NCBI GenBank assembly: GCA_030647195.1
Contig: JAUSKD010000030.1
Span: 1,496-65,495 of the forward strand
DNA length: 64,000 nucleotides
Source of the DNA: Candidatus Peribacter sp.
Lineage (GTDB): Bacteria > Patescibacteriota > Gracilibacteria > Peribacterales > Peribacteraceae
Direction of reading: 5' to 3'
Shown here: piece by piece, positions 1 to 10,252 of the stretch
Layout of the letters: the number at the start of each line of letters is the position of its first letter
Position numbering within the stretch: the stretch's first letter is position 1
The notes under the pieces: model-generated
The model's database searches: none
What the model saw: only the letters and a program-made list of their open reading frames with translations
What the model was told of the DNA's origin: nothing
Translations under genes and position numbers: made by a program

Positions 1-541
1 AGCATGCGCGCAGACATCGCTTGGTCTGACCACCCTCGTCAGCGGGTCGCCCGATATCGTACGGAAGGCAGTACGTAGTGCACTGGCTCTCGACATAGGG
101 ACATTGATTCGAGGTGGGGGAGTCAGGGGTCTGTGTTTGCCCGCCGTACCCACCGGTATTTCCCTGGCACTCGCTCCATGTCACACAGGTCTTGCCATAC
201 TCCACCTTCGTCTGCACGCCGCCATTCGTTTGGATGATTGAAATCCGCCGGCACCGGTACCCCAAAGAGGCTGAATCATATGCGCATGCATTGGAGGTGG
301 CGGTGGATACGGCCCCGGGCGAAGAGGATGCCGGGTTCGCGGGATACGAGGGGATGGCGAGGGAAGATTTCTGTGCGGAGGGGAAGCCGGGAGATTGTTT
401 TAGCGATGGCGAGAACCAGCTTTGACCGAGTAGAAAGGCTGAGTCTCTTCCATCTTTTCCTTCCGCGAACAGGGCAGCCCCTTCGATCAGAACGATCAGG
501 AGCACAAGTCCCATAATCCACCCTCTTTCAAACCGTGTCAT
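1..541 (-). CDS. Cys-rich protein with N-terminal TM/signal anchor; runs off the left window edge
   Basis: Not in the ORF track. Manual translation: MTRFERGWIMGLVLLIVLIEGAALFAEG..., Ser/Pro-rich linker, then 9 Cys (ACAY, YRCR, TCVTWSECQG, QCPYVESQCTTYCLP, RCLRAC); open to position 1. TATAAA lies 8 nt upstream of the ATG. Confidence 0.75.
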   Translation of the reverse strand, partial: MTRFERGWIMGLVLLIVLIEGAALFAEGKDGRDSAFLLGQSWFSPSLKQSPGFPSAQKSSLAIPSYPANPASSSPGAVSTATSNACAYDSASLGYRCRRISIIQTNGGVQTKVEYGKTCVTWSECQGNTGGYGGQTQTPDSPTSNQCPYVESQCTTYCLPYDIGRPADEGGQTKRCLRAC

Positions 542-608
542 GGTATGCATTTATACCCTCCTGCCATGACCCGGGCAAGATTCGGCCGTTGGCAGGATTG
601 TCCCAATG

Positions 609-1826
609 TCATTCAAACCGCATCGCCTCGATGGGGTGCAGCTTCGCGGCGCGGCGCGCGGGGTAGAGCCCGAAGATGAGGCCCGTACCCATGGCCATGC
701 CGAGTGAGAGCAGCACCGAGCTGATCGTGAGTGCGAACGAGAGGTTCCCCAGGAATTTTGCCGCGAGGCGGGTGAGCAGGAACCCGAGGAAGCCGCCGCC
801 CACGATGCCGATCAGTCCTCCGAGCATGGTGAGGGCCACGGCCTCGATGAGGAACTGCAGCAGGATGTCCTTTCGGCTGGCGCCGACCGCCTTGCGCAGG
901 CCGATTTCCTTCGTTCGTTCCGAAACGGACACGAGCATGATATTCATGATGCCGATGCCGCCGACGATCAGCGAAATCCCGGCGATGAGACCGAGGAAGA
1001 TGGTAATGGAGAGGGTGACGGTCCCGATGATCGCCGTTGCCTGGGCGAAGGAGCGCGCAATGAAATCATCCTTGTCCGGGTCATCCTTGGGGTTCTCGAT
1101 GTTGTGACGCTGACGCAGGAGAGACTTGATGTCTTCGGACGCAAGGTCGACGTTGCCTGCGGCCTGCAGGGAAATATAGTCGACGTATTGGCCCTTGCTC
1201 GTCATTGTTTTTGCAACGGTGAACGGGATGTAGATGGGCGTATCCATCTGGGCGCCCAGCGCCCCGCCCAGCGCCTTGAGCACACCGACCACGGTGAATT
1301 TCCGCTCACCGACACTGATGCGCTTGCCCAGGGGATCGGCGTTGCCAAAGAGATCCTCGGCCGTCTTGCTGCTCAGCACGGCTACGCTCTGGCCGCCTTT
1401 CACGTCGCCATCCGTCAGCAGCCGTCCGCGGTCGAGCTTCATGGACCAGTTCGTAAAAATCTCCTTGTATGTCCCGAGGAGCATGGGGCTCAATTCTTCC
1501 GATCCATACTTCACCTTCTGGGCGACGAATATGACGGCAGCCACATTCTTGACCGTCGAGAGCTTGGCGAGAGCCTCCGCATCCGCTTCGGTGAGCGTAT
1601 TGGTTTCCTTGCCGAACTGCTCCAGGCCTTTTGCCTGGATTTCGAAGGTCGCGCCGCTGAAGGTGCTCACCTGATCCAGGATGAACCGTTGGAATGTCGC
1701 GCCAAGCGACACCATCAGCACGACTGACCCTACGCCGATGATGATGCCGAGTGTCGTCAGGAGGGACCGCGAGATGTTTCGCGTGAGTCCTTCGAGGGCC
1801 GATCGCAGGGTGTCTTGAGTGCGCAT
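609..1826 (-). CDS. MacB/FtsX-family ABC transporter permease
   Basis: RSLLTTLGIIIGVGSVV N-terminus; GGIGIMNIMLVSVSERTKEIGLRKAVGA; C-terminal YPARRAAKLHPIEAMRFE. Confidence 0.93.
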   Translation of the reverse strand: MRTQDTLRSALEGLTRNISRSLLTTLGIIIGVGSVVLMVSLGATFQRFILDQVSTFSGATFEIQAKGLEQFGKETNTLTEADAEALAKLSTVKNVAAVIFVAQKVKYGSEELSPMLLGTYKEIFTNWSMKLDRGRLLTDGDVKGGQSVAVLSSKTAEDLFGNADPLGKRISVGERKFTVVGVLKALGGALGAQMDTPIYIPFTVAKTMTSKGQYVDYISLQAAGNVDLASEDIKSLLRQRHNIENPKDDPDKDDFIARSFAQATAIIGTVTLSITIFLGLIAGISLIVGGIGIMNIMLVSVSERTKEIGLRKAVGASRKDILLQFLIEAVALTMLGGLIGIVGGGFLGFLLTRLAAKFLGNLSFALTISSVLLSLGMAMGTGLIFGLYPARRAAKLHPIEAMRFE

Positions 1827-1833
1827 AGGTACC

Positions 1834-1857
1834 GCGGCGAAGCGGAGCGAAGACGGG
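1834..1857 (-). repeat. Short REP-like palindromic element (CCCGYCTTCG...CTWCG type)
   Basis: Minus strand cccgtcttcgctccgcttcgccgc fills the gap between the two permeases and resembles the element at 10870-10920. Confidence 0.4.
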
Positions 1858-3096
1858 TTATTCGTAGCGGAGGGCTTCCATGGGACTCAGCTCCGCGGCT
1901 TTGCGGGCGGGATAAATACCGAAGACGAGCCCCGTTCCGGCGGCCATGAGCAGGGCGGCAATCATGGCGACAAAGTTGATGGCAAAGATGTACCGGTCCA
2001 GGAATTTCCGGGCGATGCCCACGATAATGGCATTCAGGCTGAGCCCCAGCAGCAGCCCGATCAGGCCTCCGAGCATGGTCAGAACAACCGCCTCGATGAG
2101 AAACTGCAGCAGAATGTCTTTTCTGCGGGCGCCCAATGCTTTGCGCAGACCGATTTCGCGTGTCCGCTCCGTGACGGCGACCAGCATGATATTCATGATG
2201 CCGATGCCGCCGACGACGAGGGAAATTGTCGCGATCATCGTGATGAATGCGGTCAGGCTGGTCGAGACCGTTCCCAGAATCTCCTGTGCCTGCTCGGCGC
2301 TGCGCACCAGAAAGTCATCGTTGTCCGTCGCAATGCCGGTGGCTGGAGGAATGATCTTGTGGCGTCGGCGCAAAAGGAATTGGATGTCATCGACGGCATC
2401 AGCCGTATCCCCCGTTGCCATGGCCGTGACCATGTTGGCGTACGAGCGCTGCGCAATCGTGTGTGCCGTTTCAAAAGGGATGATGATGCGCTCATCCATG
2501 TTCTGGAAGAACTGCGATCCCACCGGTTCCAGCACGCCGATGACCGTGTACTTCTGATTTCCGATTTCAATGCGTTTGCCGAGCGGGCTTGCGTTGAAGA
2601 ACAGGTCGCGGGCGGTATCGGGGCCGAGCACGGCGACATACCGTCCCTGCAGCTCGTCCTGCTCATCGTGCAGGCGCCCCTCGGCGGCATTCACGATCTG
2701 GTTTAAGTAGTACTCCGGCGTGGTCCCGACCACCCGCGTATCGGTCTGCTCCTCGCCGTAGCCGGTTTTGCCCTCCACGAAAATGATCGGCGCCACGTTG
2801 GTGATGGTCGAAAGCTTTTTGAGTGCATCGACATCGTTCAGCGTGATGCTGTCAAAATCCGGGTTGAGCGTGGCCGCCCCCTGCTCGGGTCCGTTCTTGC
2901 CAGGCCAGAGCGCGATGGTTTTGGGACCGAGCGCGCTGATCTGGCCCAGGATGACGCTCTGCATGCTTTCGCCCACACTGGTCATCAGCACGACGGCGCC
3001 CACGCCGATGATGATGCCGAGCATGGTCAGAAGCGAGCGGGCGCGGTTGCCCGTCACTGCCTTGAGCGCGATGGTGACGGTGTCGCGGATCTGCAT
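1858..3096 (-). CDS. MacB/FtsX-family ABC transporter permease (second paralog)
   Basis: RSLLTMLGIIIGVGAV; GGIGIMNIMLVAVTERTREIGLRKALGA; probable start MQIRDT at 3096. Confidence 0.93.
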   Translation of the reverse strand: MQIRDTVTIALKAVTGNRARSLLTMLGIIIGVGAVVLMTSVGESMQSVILGQISALGPKTIALWPGKNGPEQGAATLNPDFDSITLNDVDALKKLSTITNVAPIIFVEGKTGYGEEQTDTRVVGTTPEYYLNQIVNAAEGRLHDEQDELQGRYVAVLGPDTARDLFFNASPLGKRIEIGNQKYTVIGVLEPVGSQFFQNMDERIIIPFETAHTIAQRSYANMVTAMATGDTADAVDDIQFLLRRRHKIIPPATGIATDNDDFLVRSAEQAQEILGTVSTSLTAFITMIATISLVVGGIGIMNIMLVAVTERTREIGLRKALGARRKDILLQFLIEAVVLTMLGGLIGLLLGLSLNAIIVGIARKFLDRYIFAINFVAMIAALLMAAGTGLVFGIYPARKAAELSPMEALRYE

Positions 3097-3103
3097 GATT
3101 GTG

Positions 3104-3850
3104 CTACTTGAGCTCTTTGACCTGACTTGCGATGCGGCGCGTGAAGGTGCGGTCATCGGCCACGACGTGTCCGTCCATGATGCGGATGATGCGAGCGGCG
3201 TGTTCGGCCGTCGTCTTCTCGTGCGTTACGAGGATGATGGTGTGTCCTTCTTCGTGCAGGCTCTGCAGGATTTCCATCACGTGCTTTCCCGAGGCGGAAT
3301 CGAGGTTGCCCGTCGGCTCATCGGCGAAGATGACTCCCGGTTCCGTGACGAGCGCGCGCGCGATCGCGACTCTTTGCTGCTGCCCGCCCGAGAGCTGATT
3401 CGAGAGGTAGGTGGCGCGATCGGTGAGACCCACGGCCTTGATGGCCTTCATGGCCTTTTCACGCCTCTCCGCCGGCTTTGTCCCGCTGTGGTACAGCAGG
3501 GGCAGGGTGACATTGTCGATGACGCTCGTCCGCGGCAAAAGGTTGAAGGACTGAAAGACGAAACTGACGCTCGAGGAGCGGATGCGTGCCAGCTCATCTT
3601 CCGTTTTCTCTTCCGTCGATTCCCCCTTGAAGTGGTAATGGCCTTTTGTGGGCACATCCAGAAAACCCAGAATGTGCATGAGCGTCGATTTTCCGGAACC
3701 CGAAGGCCCCATTATCGCCACGAATTCCCCCGCGTCGATGCGCAAATTGATGTCGAAGAGTACGGGCGTCTCGACCGCTTCATTGAAGTAGGATTTGAAG
3801 AGGTTCTTCGTTTCGATCAGCGGTGCTGGTTCTTTTTTTGTCATGATCAT
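3104..3850 (-). CDS. ABC transporter ATP-binding protein (MacB/LolD-type)
   Basis: Walker [10 protein letters not shown], signature [15 protein letters not shown], Walker [11 protein letters not shown]-loop VTHE. Confidence 0.95.
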   Translation of the reverse strand: MIMTKKEPAPLIETKNLFKSYFNEAVETPVLFDINLRIDAGEFVAIMGPSGSGKSTLMHILGFLDVPTKGHYHFKGESTEEKTEDELARIRSSSVSFVFQSFNLLPRTSVIDNVTLPLLYHSGTKPAERREKAMKAIKAVGLTDRATYLSNQLSGGQQQRVAIARALVTEPGVIFADEPTGNLDSASGKHVMEILQSLHEEGHTIILVTHEKTTAEHAARIIRIMDGHVVADDRTFTRRIASQVKELK

Positions 3851-3867
3851 GGGGCGGATTTTTGAGC

Positions 3868-5646
3868 TTACTGCTTGATGAGTACGATCACAGTTTCCCC
3901 TTCGCTGAGCCCACTGACAATCTCTGCGTCGGTGTCGGATTCCATGCCGGTTTCGACCGGCTTGTCCACGACTTCCCCGTTTTCCAGTATGCGGATCACC
4001 TTGCCTTCGCCGTTTTTCTGGATGATGGAGCGCACCGGGGCGAGCAGCACGTCTGCGCGATTTCCCGTGATGATTTCGGCGTCACCGGTCATACCGATTT
4101 TGAATTCATCGTGCGGGTGCACAAAGCCCAGACTCACGCGGTACTTCGACACGCCGTCGACCTTCGTGGGGCCCGGCTCAATGGAGGTGACCGTGAGAGC
4201 GTAATTGACCCCCGGAAAAGCATCGAGCTCGATGGACCCGCTCTGCGTCAGCAGGATTTTGGGGATATCCACCTCCGAGAGGAACATCTCTACGCGGAAG
4301 GGGGACGTGCCCAGCATGGTGACGGAATGACCGATGTTATCCGCGTCGCCGGTGAATTCCCCTTCCTTGAAATCCACTTTCGTAATGATGCCGTCGGTCG
4401 GAGCGCGGATGATGGTATCTTCCAGTTTCGCCCTGGCGCGTGCCACGCTCGCCGCCGCCGCGTTCATATTCGCCCGTGAGGCGGAAAGCTGCGTTTCGCG
4501 GGGACCGGCTTTCGAAAGGGCCAGTTGCGCCTCTTGTGTGCGGAGTGCGGTTTCGTAGGTGAGGATTGCCGACTGCGCCGACTGCTTGCTCGCTTTGGCG
4601 GCGGCGAAGGTATTCTCTTCGGTTGCGATATTCGCCGTGTAGCCAGCCGAGGCGTCCCGCAGACTCTTCATGGCTGTATTGATGGTGCTCAGGGCGGTCT
4701 GGGCCACAGCTTTTTCGGTGGAGATGGTGGACTTGGTCGATTCGCGCAGGGTGGAATCGAATGCCGTGGTGAGCGGCAGATCGGCAATCAGTGCATAGGC
4801 CTCTTGCAGGACGCTTGCGGATTGCATAATCACCTCCGTGGCGCGCTGCATGGTCGCAAGTGAGCTGTCGTACGTGTCGAAGCCCGTACACGAGAACGCA
4901 TCAAGGGCCGTCTGTGCCGCAATCCAATTCGCACGGAAGACGGAGTAGGCCGTCGTGCGGTACTGCCTGGCCATGTCCGTGATGAAGGAGCTGACGAAGA
5001 CATCGTCGAGCGTCCTTAGGGCGGTTCGCGTCAGCGAGATCTGCTGTGCGCACGTGCTCGAGGAAGTGACGAGGTAGCCGGCGAGATTGGTCGTCGCCTC
5101 TGCCCTGATCGCTGCCAGTTTCTCTTCAGACGTACGCAGCTTCTCTTCGGCGCTCTGATAATCCGCCTTCACCGCCTCCAGGGCAGCGCGCTTGTTGGCC
5201 ACTTCGGCTTCGGCAATGGCGAGATCTTCCGGCCGCGTTCCTTCCTCCAGCTCCTGGTAGCTGGCCTGTGCCTGGCGGTACTGGGCTGCGGCAGATGCCA
5301 GATCCGCGGCGAACGATTCGTTGCGCAATCGCACCAGCTCCTGACCGGCCAGCACTTTGTCCCCCTCTTTCGCTGACACGCTGGCGACGATGCCCGTTAC
5401 GGGGAATTTCATGTTCACGTCGCGGTCCGAGGTGATGGTACCCACGGCCTCGACCTGCTGGACGAGGTCGCCCCGCCTGACCGTTTCCGTGATCATCTGG
5501 GGCTTCGCAGGTGAGAAGATGTACCACAAAAGCAACCCGAACAGCAGCAGGAATATGCCAAGGACGGAAGCCCAAACCGGGTGCCGAAGCACGAAGGATT
5601 TGAGGGCTGTCCAGAAGCGCCGCAGGAGGGGAAGAGGGGACCACAT
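3868..5646 (-). CDS. MacA/HlyD-family adaptor with an extended helical insert
   Basis: N-terminal TM, lipoyl halves (FPVTGIVASVSAKEGDKV; IRAPTDGIIT), C-terminal VETGMESDTDAEIVSGLSEGETV. Confidence 0.88.
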   Translation of the reverse strand: MWSPLPLLRRFWTALKSFVLRHPVWASVLGIFLLLFGLLLWYIFSPAKPQMITETVRRGDLVQQVEAVGTITSDRDVNMKFPVTGIVASVSAKEGDKVLAGQELVRLRNESFAADLASAAAQYRQAQASYQELEEGTRPEDLAIAEAEVANKRAALEAVKADYQSAEEKLRTSEEKLAAIRAEATTNLAGYLVTSSSTCAQQISLTRTALRTLDDVFVSSFITDMARQYRTTAYSVFRANWIAAQTALDAFSCTGFDTYDSSLATMQRATEVIMQSASVLQEAYALIADLPLTTAFDSTLRESTKSTISTEKAVAQTALSTINTAMKSLRDASAGYTANIATEENTFAAAKASKQSAQSAILTYETALRTQEAQLALSKAGPRETQLSASRANMNAAAASVARARAKLEDTIIRAPTDGIITKVDFKEGEFTGDADNIGHSVTMLGTSPFRVEMFLSEVDIPKILLTQSGSIELDAFPGVNYALTVTSIEPGPTKVDGVSKYRVSLGFVHPHDEFKIGMTGDAEIITGNRADVLLAPVRSIIQKNGEGKVIRILENGEVVDKPVETGMESDTDAEIVSGLSEGETVIVLIKQ

Positions 5647-5832
5647 AGCTCTGTCCTATAATTATACCATATAACAATATATTTGTTTTGCATTTTCCGA
5701 GGAATTTGTGATGGAAAGAGTACTTTCCATCCTTTTCAGCTATTGGCGAATTACGGTAAATAGGAAGGATATTTCGCGCTTTGTCGGGGGTTCTCTCCCC
5801 CGTTTCCATCCCGTAGACTCCCCTGTACCCCC

Positions 5833-7224
5833 ATGACACGTCCCCCTTCGCCGCGTGCGGCATTGCAGGCCCCCAATTCCTCCCCGTACGCGGAGGGGCT
5901 CGAGCGCGGACTCACGGAGGGCCTCGTTCGCCGCATGAGCGCGGAGAAAGGCGAGCCCACTTGGATGCTTCAGCACCGGCTCGCGTGTTTCCGCCTCTTC
6001 CAAAAGTCCGCACTGCCCACATGGGGCCCGGATCTTTCTTCCCTCGATCTTCACAAGATTCTCTTCTACGCCAGCCCCGGTGTTGAGCAGACCGATGACT
6101 GGACCCAGATTCCGGAGGACATCCGTTTAGTCTATGAACGGCTGGGCATTCCTCAGGCGGAGTATCAGATGCTCGGCGGCGCGGGCGCGCAGTACGAGAG
6201 CGATGTGATTTACCATCGACTGAAGGAGGAGTGGGCCGAGCGCGGAGTGATTTTCCTCAATATGGATGAGGCGGTGCAGATGTATCCCGATCTCGTGCGT
6301 GAGTATTTCATGCAGTGCGTGCGTCCGTCAGACCATGCATTCGCCGCGCTGCACGGCGCCGTGTGGAGCGGGGGAACATTCCTCTACGTGCCTGCCGGCG
6401 TGACGGTGTTTGAACCCCTGCAGTCCTACTTCCGCATGAATGCACGAGGCATGGGGCAGTTCGAACACACGCTCATCATTCTCGAGGAGGGTGCGCAGGC
6501 GCACTACATCGAGGGTTGCTCGGCGCCGAAGTATGTCAGTCCCTCGCTCCACGCGGGGTGCGTGGAGGTGTTCGTGAAACCGGGTGCGCAGATGCGATAC
6601 TCCTCCGTGGAAAACTGGAGCCTGAACACGTTCAACCTGAATACGAAGCGTGCGATCGTCGAGCGCGAGGCGACCATGGAGTGGGTGGGAGGCAATCTGG
6701 GCAGCGGTGTCACCATGCTCTATCCGTGCTCGGTGCTGAGGGGCGAGGGGGCGCGATGCGAGCATCTGGGGCTGGCCATGGCAGGCAAAGGTCAGTGGCA
6801 GGATACGGGTGCCAAGGTCATCCATTTGGCCCCGCATACGTCCAGCAGTGTCGTAAGCAAGTCCGTCAGCAGGGATGGCGGCCGCACGGTGTATCGCGGG
6901 CTTCTCAAGGTTTCGCCCGAAGCGAAGGATGCCACCGCGAGCATCCAGTGCGATGCGCTCCTGCTGGATGCGCAGAGCAGCACGGCAACATTTCCGGATC
7001 TGCAGGTGCACACGGACGATGCGACCGTTGCGCACGAGGCAACGGTGGGCAAATTATCCGAGGAAGATCTGTTCTATGCCATGTCGCGGGGGCTTACGGA
7101 GCCGGAGGCCAAGACGATGATCGTACGCGGATTCGTGGAGCCGATCATGCAGCAGATTCCATTGGAGTATGCCGTCGAAATGAACCGACTGATTGAAATG
7201 GAAATGGAAGGATCTGTTGGCTAG
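5833..7224 (+). CDS. sufB: Fe-S cluster assembly protein SufB
   Basis: GAGAQYESD, WSGGTFLYVP, HYIEGCSAP, SLHAGCVE, HEATVGK, PLEYAVEMNRLIEMEMEGSVG. Confidence 0.95.
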   Translation: MTRPPSPRAALQAPNSSPYAEGLERGLTEGLVRRMSAEKGEPTWMLQHRLACFRLFQKSALPTWGPDLSSLDLHKILFYASPGVEQTDDWTQIPEDIRLVYERLGIPQAEYQMLGGAGAQYESDVIYHRLKEEWAERGVIFLNMDEAVQMYPDLVREYFMQCVRPSDHAFAALHGAVWSGGTFLYVPAGVTVFEPLQSYFRMNARGMGQFEHTLIILEEGAQAHYIEGCSAPKYVSPSLHAGCVEVFVKPGAQMRYSSVENWSLNTFNLNTKRAIVEREATMEWVGGNLGSGVTMLYPCSVLRGEGARCEHLGLAMAGKGQWQDTGAKVIHLAPHTSSSVVSKSVSRDGGRTVYRGLLKVSPEAKDATASIQCDALLLDAQSSTATFPDLQVHTDDATVAHEATVGKLSEEDLFYAMSRGLTEPEAKTMIVRGFVEPIMQQIPLEYAVEMNRLIEMEMEGSVG

Positions 7225-7235
7225 AAAGCGGGTGT

Positions 7236-7264
7236 TTGATCATTTCAATATTATATGTTATAAT
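7236..7264 (+). promoter_or_regulatory. Sigma70 promoter directly upstream of a start codon
   Basis: TTGATC-17 nt-TATAAT with a TG extension; ATG at 7271 is 6 nt downstream. Confidence 0.75.
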
Positions 7265-7270
7265 ATGCCT

Positions 7271-7591
7271 ATGTCTGATGAAGGATTGCTCAGGGCCAGT
7301 ACCGTCGGCAGGACGCCGGACATGAAATTGATCGTCGATAAAGAGTTCAATGTGCTCATCGATCGCAACCATGTGGTGGCGGATACCATCCTCGCCATGG
7401 GCCATAAGGCGAGCAAGGCGATCGGGGATGTATTGAACCGGGAGGATAAGCGATGGACGGATCTCGTCGATGTGCCGGACAAAGATATCTCGATACTCCA
7501 GAGGGCCGGTGAGGCACTGGCGTCCAATGAGGTCGGATCACCCGAGTGGAAGGAGGCAAAAACGAAGCTGCTGGGCTTATTGGATGCCTAG
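7271..7591 (+). CDS. Hypothetical protein (~106 aa)
   Basis: Clean ORF MSDEGLLRAS... directly after a near-consensus promoter. Confidence 0.65.
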   Translation: MSDEGLLRASTVGRTPDMKLIVDKEFNVLIDRNHVVADTILAMGHKASKAIGDVLNREDKRWTDLVDVPDKDISILQRAGEALASNEVGSPEWKEAKTKLLGLLDA

Positions 7592-8086
7592 TGATTCAGC
7601 GCACTCTATTCCGTGGGTCTCCTTTTTCATCACCCTTCGAAATTCGAAGAGCAGGTAGCGAAAATTGCCGATGGGTCTGCCGAAGGATTTGGTGCTGTCA
7701 CAGAGGCCCAGAGTTTTCAGTTCTTCGGCGAGAGCGGCATCCGAAAGATCATCGAATCGTCCCAGGAGTGCGAAGGCTGCCTCTCGGTGCACCTGGTCCC
7801 TTGCGAGATCCGCAGTTGCGATAAGCTCTACAAATCTTCGCAGTGATTGGCGCTGATCGCGCACGAAGGTTGCGACTGCCAATTCGTGCACGTGTTCCCC
7901 CGTTGTTACCTGTCCGCGCTCGATCAGTGTGCGGATTTCGGGTGCTGAGGTGAGTGCGAGGATGGTTGCGGCTGCCTCTCGCCGGTGTGGCTTGGCGGGA
8001 TCCCGCGGCGGGCAGTATTCGGGAGGAGAAAAATCAAACGTGAGTTGGTGCTCTCCAGTTCCGTGCGATTTGGTGCGCGACATCAT
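7577..8086 (-). CDS. Hypothetical protein with an N-terminal QLTFDF motif
   Basis: 169-aa ORF coupled by a TGATG overlap to the upstream ORF. Confidence 0.6.
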   Translation of the reverse strand: MMSRTKSHGTGEHQLTFDFSPPEYCPPRDPAKPHRREAAATILALTSAPEIRTLIERGQVTTGEHVHELAVATFVRDQRQSLRRFVELIATADLARDQVHREAAFALLGRFDDLSDAALAEELKTLGLCDSTKSFGRPIGNFRYLLFEFRRVMKKETHGIECAESLGIQ

Positions 8087-8412
8087 CAGACAGTCAGCAG
8101 ATCGGCGGCGCGCTGGCCGAGCCGGTGCATTTCTCCCGCGAGTACAAAGAGATCGTTCTGCTCCTCCGTCTTTTCGCCCTTCTGTCTGAGCGCACGTGCC
8201 TCGCCCTTGAGCTGTTCTGTCACACGCGGTTCAATACTCATATCCGTGCTGAGCCGGTGGATGGGAGTCATCATCTGCGTGATAGCCTGGTTCACCGCCT
8301 CGCGGCCGGTCAGCGTCCTCCCGCATACGGTATCTTCTGCCGCGTCGGCTGCGCACGCTTCTTCGTAGCGACTGAGATGCTCCATTTCTGCGTCCGGTAC
8401 GGCTGTTACCAT
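8086..8412 (-). CDS. Hypothetical helical protein
   Basis: Probable start MVTAVPD at 8412; its stop overlaps the next start. Confidence 0.55.
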   Translation of the reverse strand: MVTAVPDAEMEHLSRYEEACAADAAEDTVCGRTLTGREAVNQAITQMMTPIHRLSTDMSIEPRVTEQLKGEARALRQKGEKTEEQNDLFVLAGEMHRLGQRAADLLTV

Positions 8413-8484
8413 GCTATTGTGGGGGAGGGAACAAAAGCGATAGTAGACCATAAATTCATTTATGCAATTATTCTCTTCTGTCTT

Positions 8485-9282
8485 ATGGGATCGGCCAAAT
8501 CATCCATTCGCGGGCGAAAGGTGATACTGAAGGGCAGCACAAAGAAGCCGCAGGAATTTACCCTCTCGGATCGTGTTCCTTCCCTCGCGTTTCGGGCGCG
8601 GCGCGGAAGCGATTCCACTGTCGTCATCGCATGTTCGACACGCAAAAATAATTCCTATCGCATGCTGGAGGCGGAGCTGGAACCGCACTCCACTCTGACT
8701 GTTGTCTTTGTCTGGTGCGGGAAGCAACGTGTGAATATCGCGCAGAATTTCCGGGTGGGGCAGGGCGCGAAGTTGCATCTTTTGAACATCACGCGCGGAT
8801 CCTGCGTGCAGGAAACTGTTTCGGAGGTCACAGGAGTACTGGGCGAAAGCCGCATCGACTGGATCGTTCACGGGCAGGGTGCAATGCAGTGCCGCCTTTC
8901 GGCGCGCAATGTGTTTCAGGGCAAAAACGGGAAAGGAGATCTCCACATTCGCGGCGTTGCAGAGGGGAGTGCGAAGATCACGTGCGATGCTTCCGTCGAA
9001 ATCGGTCCGAAAGCGGCGGGCACACAGGCGCACCTCGTTGAAAAAATTCTCGTACTCGATCCGTTGTCGCGGGCCGATGCCATTCCTTCTCTGGATGTGA
9101 AAACACACGATGTCGCTGCCGGTCACTCCGCGTCCGTTTCGCGCATCCATCCCGAGGACCTGTTCTACTTCCAAAGTCGCGGAATTTCGGAGAAGAAAGC
9201 CCGAAAGCTGTTCATCGACGGGTTTCTTGGGGCCCTTCTCGTGGATACTCCCATTCCGGAAATACAGAAGTTCCTCCGTTAG
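8485..9282 (+). CDS. sufD: SufD-family Fe-S assembly protein (short form)
   Basis: ADAIPSLDVKTHDVAAGHSASVSRIHPEDLFYFQSRGISEKKARKLFIDGF; start reassigned to the ATG at 8485. Confidence 0.85.
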   Translation: MGSAKSSIRGRKVILKGSTKKPQEFTLSDRVPSLAFRARRGSDSTVVIACSTRKNNSYRMLEAELEPHSTLTVVFVWCGKQRVNIAQNFRVGQGAKLHLLNITRGSCVQETVSEVTGVLGESRIDWIVHGQGAMQCRLSARNVFQGKNGKGDLHIRGVAEGSAKITCDASVEIGPKAAGTQAHLVEKILVLDPLSRADAIPSLDVKTHDVAAGHSASVSRIHPEDLFYFQSRGISEKKARKLFIDGFLGALLVDTPIPEIQKFLR

Positions 9283-9656
9283 TTCTGTGAGAAGGCGGGC
9301 AGGTAGGAGGTATCGAGCGGCTCCGGTGGCTTATATTGAAAGTATTCAGTGCGATAGATATATTCCCCATTGGGGCGAGGATTTTTACTGGGCATCATCA
9401 GCAGGACGCCGATTGCCTCGTGTAGCTCCTGATGGAATGAGACAAAATCATAGAGCTGTTGCAGCTTTGGCAGCACGAATTCCACCTCTTCCCCATCGAT
9501 GATTTCGAAAACACTCGTTCGGCCTTCGAGAATCTGGGCGACGATTGTCTCGTGCAGGTCGCTCATAAATGTGCGCATTTCCTGCACGCGGATTTTGCAG
9601 TTTCCCGAAGGCAGTGATTCTCCATCTCCGTCCGGAAGTTCGTCGAGGGCCTGCAT
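9279..9656 (-). CDS. Hypothetical protein
   Basis: 125-aa ORF preceded by TTGACC-17-TATAAG, 6 nt from the ATG. Confidence 0.6.
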   Translation of the reverse strand: MQALDELPDGDGESLPSGNCKIRVQEMRTFMSDLHETIVAQILEGRTSVFEIIDGEEVEFVLPKLQQLYDFVSFHQELHEAIGVLLMMPSKNPRPNGEYIYRTEYFQYKPPEPLDTSYLPAFSQN

Positions 9657-9752
9657 AGGGGACTTATAGGAGGGGGAGACTTTGGGGTCAATGCTCTGAA
9701 TGACGCAGTGGCCAGATATTGTAATTAAATGTATTCATGGTATAATACCAGT

Positions 9753-10205
9753 ATGGCTGATCGATTCTTCTCACAGGAAGGGCTGCGGACCTCCATCAAT
9801 CGTGATGCGGATGCCAATCGTATCGTTTCGAGAATCAATGGCGTGCAGAACGCCCTGTTTCGCGAGGACCGTGATCCAAAGCTAGAGATGCCCGTCCCTG
9901 CCGTATTGTATGCCTCCGTGTCTGCGCTTATTGCCGAGATGACACAAGAAGCATCCGGCAGAGGCGACACTGCCTGGCTGGGTGATATGGAACAGGTCCT
10001 CCAGTTCGTCGTGCCGATCTACGCACGGGACCCGAAGGAGGCTCTCGATATGCTTCTCTTCGCGCTGCGCAGTTCGTGGCGGCAGTCAGAGGCGATGAAC
10101 GGGCGCGGGAAAGCGGTATCGCAAGGAGTCGGCGCGATCACGGGGAAAGTGCGGGGAGCACTCGGGAATTTGGAACAATGGCTGAAGAAGCAGATGGGGC
10201 AGTGA
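9753..10205 (+). CDS. Hypothetical protein
   Basis: MADRFFSQEG... starts 6 nt after TGGTATAAT (9738-9746). Confidence 0.65.
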   Translation: MADRFFSQEGLRTSINRDADANRIVSRINGVQNALFREDRDPKLEMPVPAVLYASVSALIAEMTQEASGRGDTAWLGDMEQVLQFVVPIYARDPKEALDMLLFALRSSWRQSEAMNGRGKAVSQGVGAITGKVRGALGNLEQWLKKQMGQ

Positions 10206-10252
10206 GGTGCACTATCAGACCTGCGCGAACAGCACTCTTTTTCGCGCGCCAG

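Noticed and set aside
114-521. Three short ORFs listed in the track at the window start
   Set aside because: They overlap the better-supported minus-strand Cys-rich CDS starting at 541
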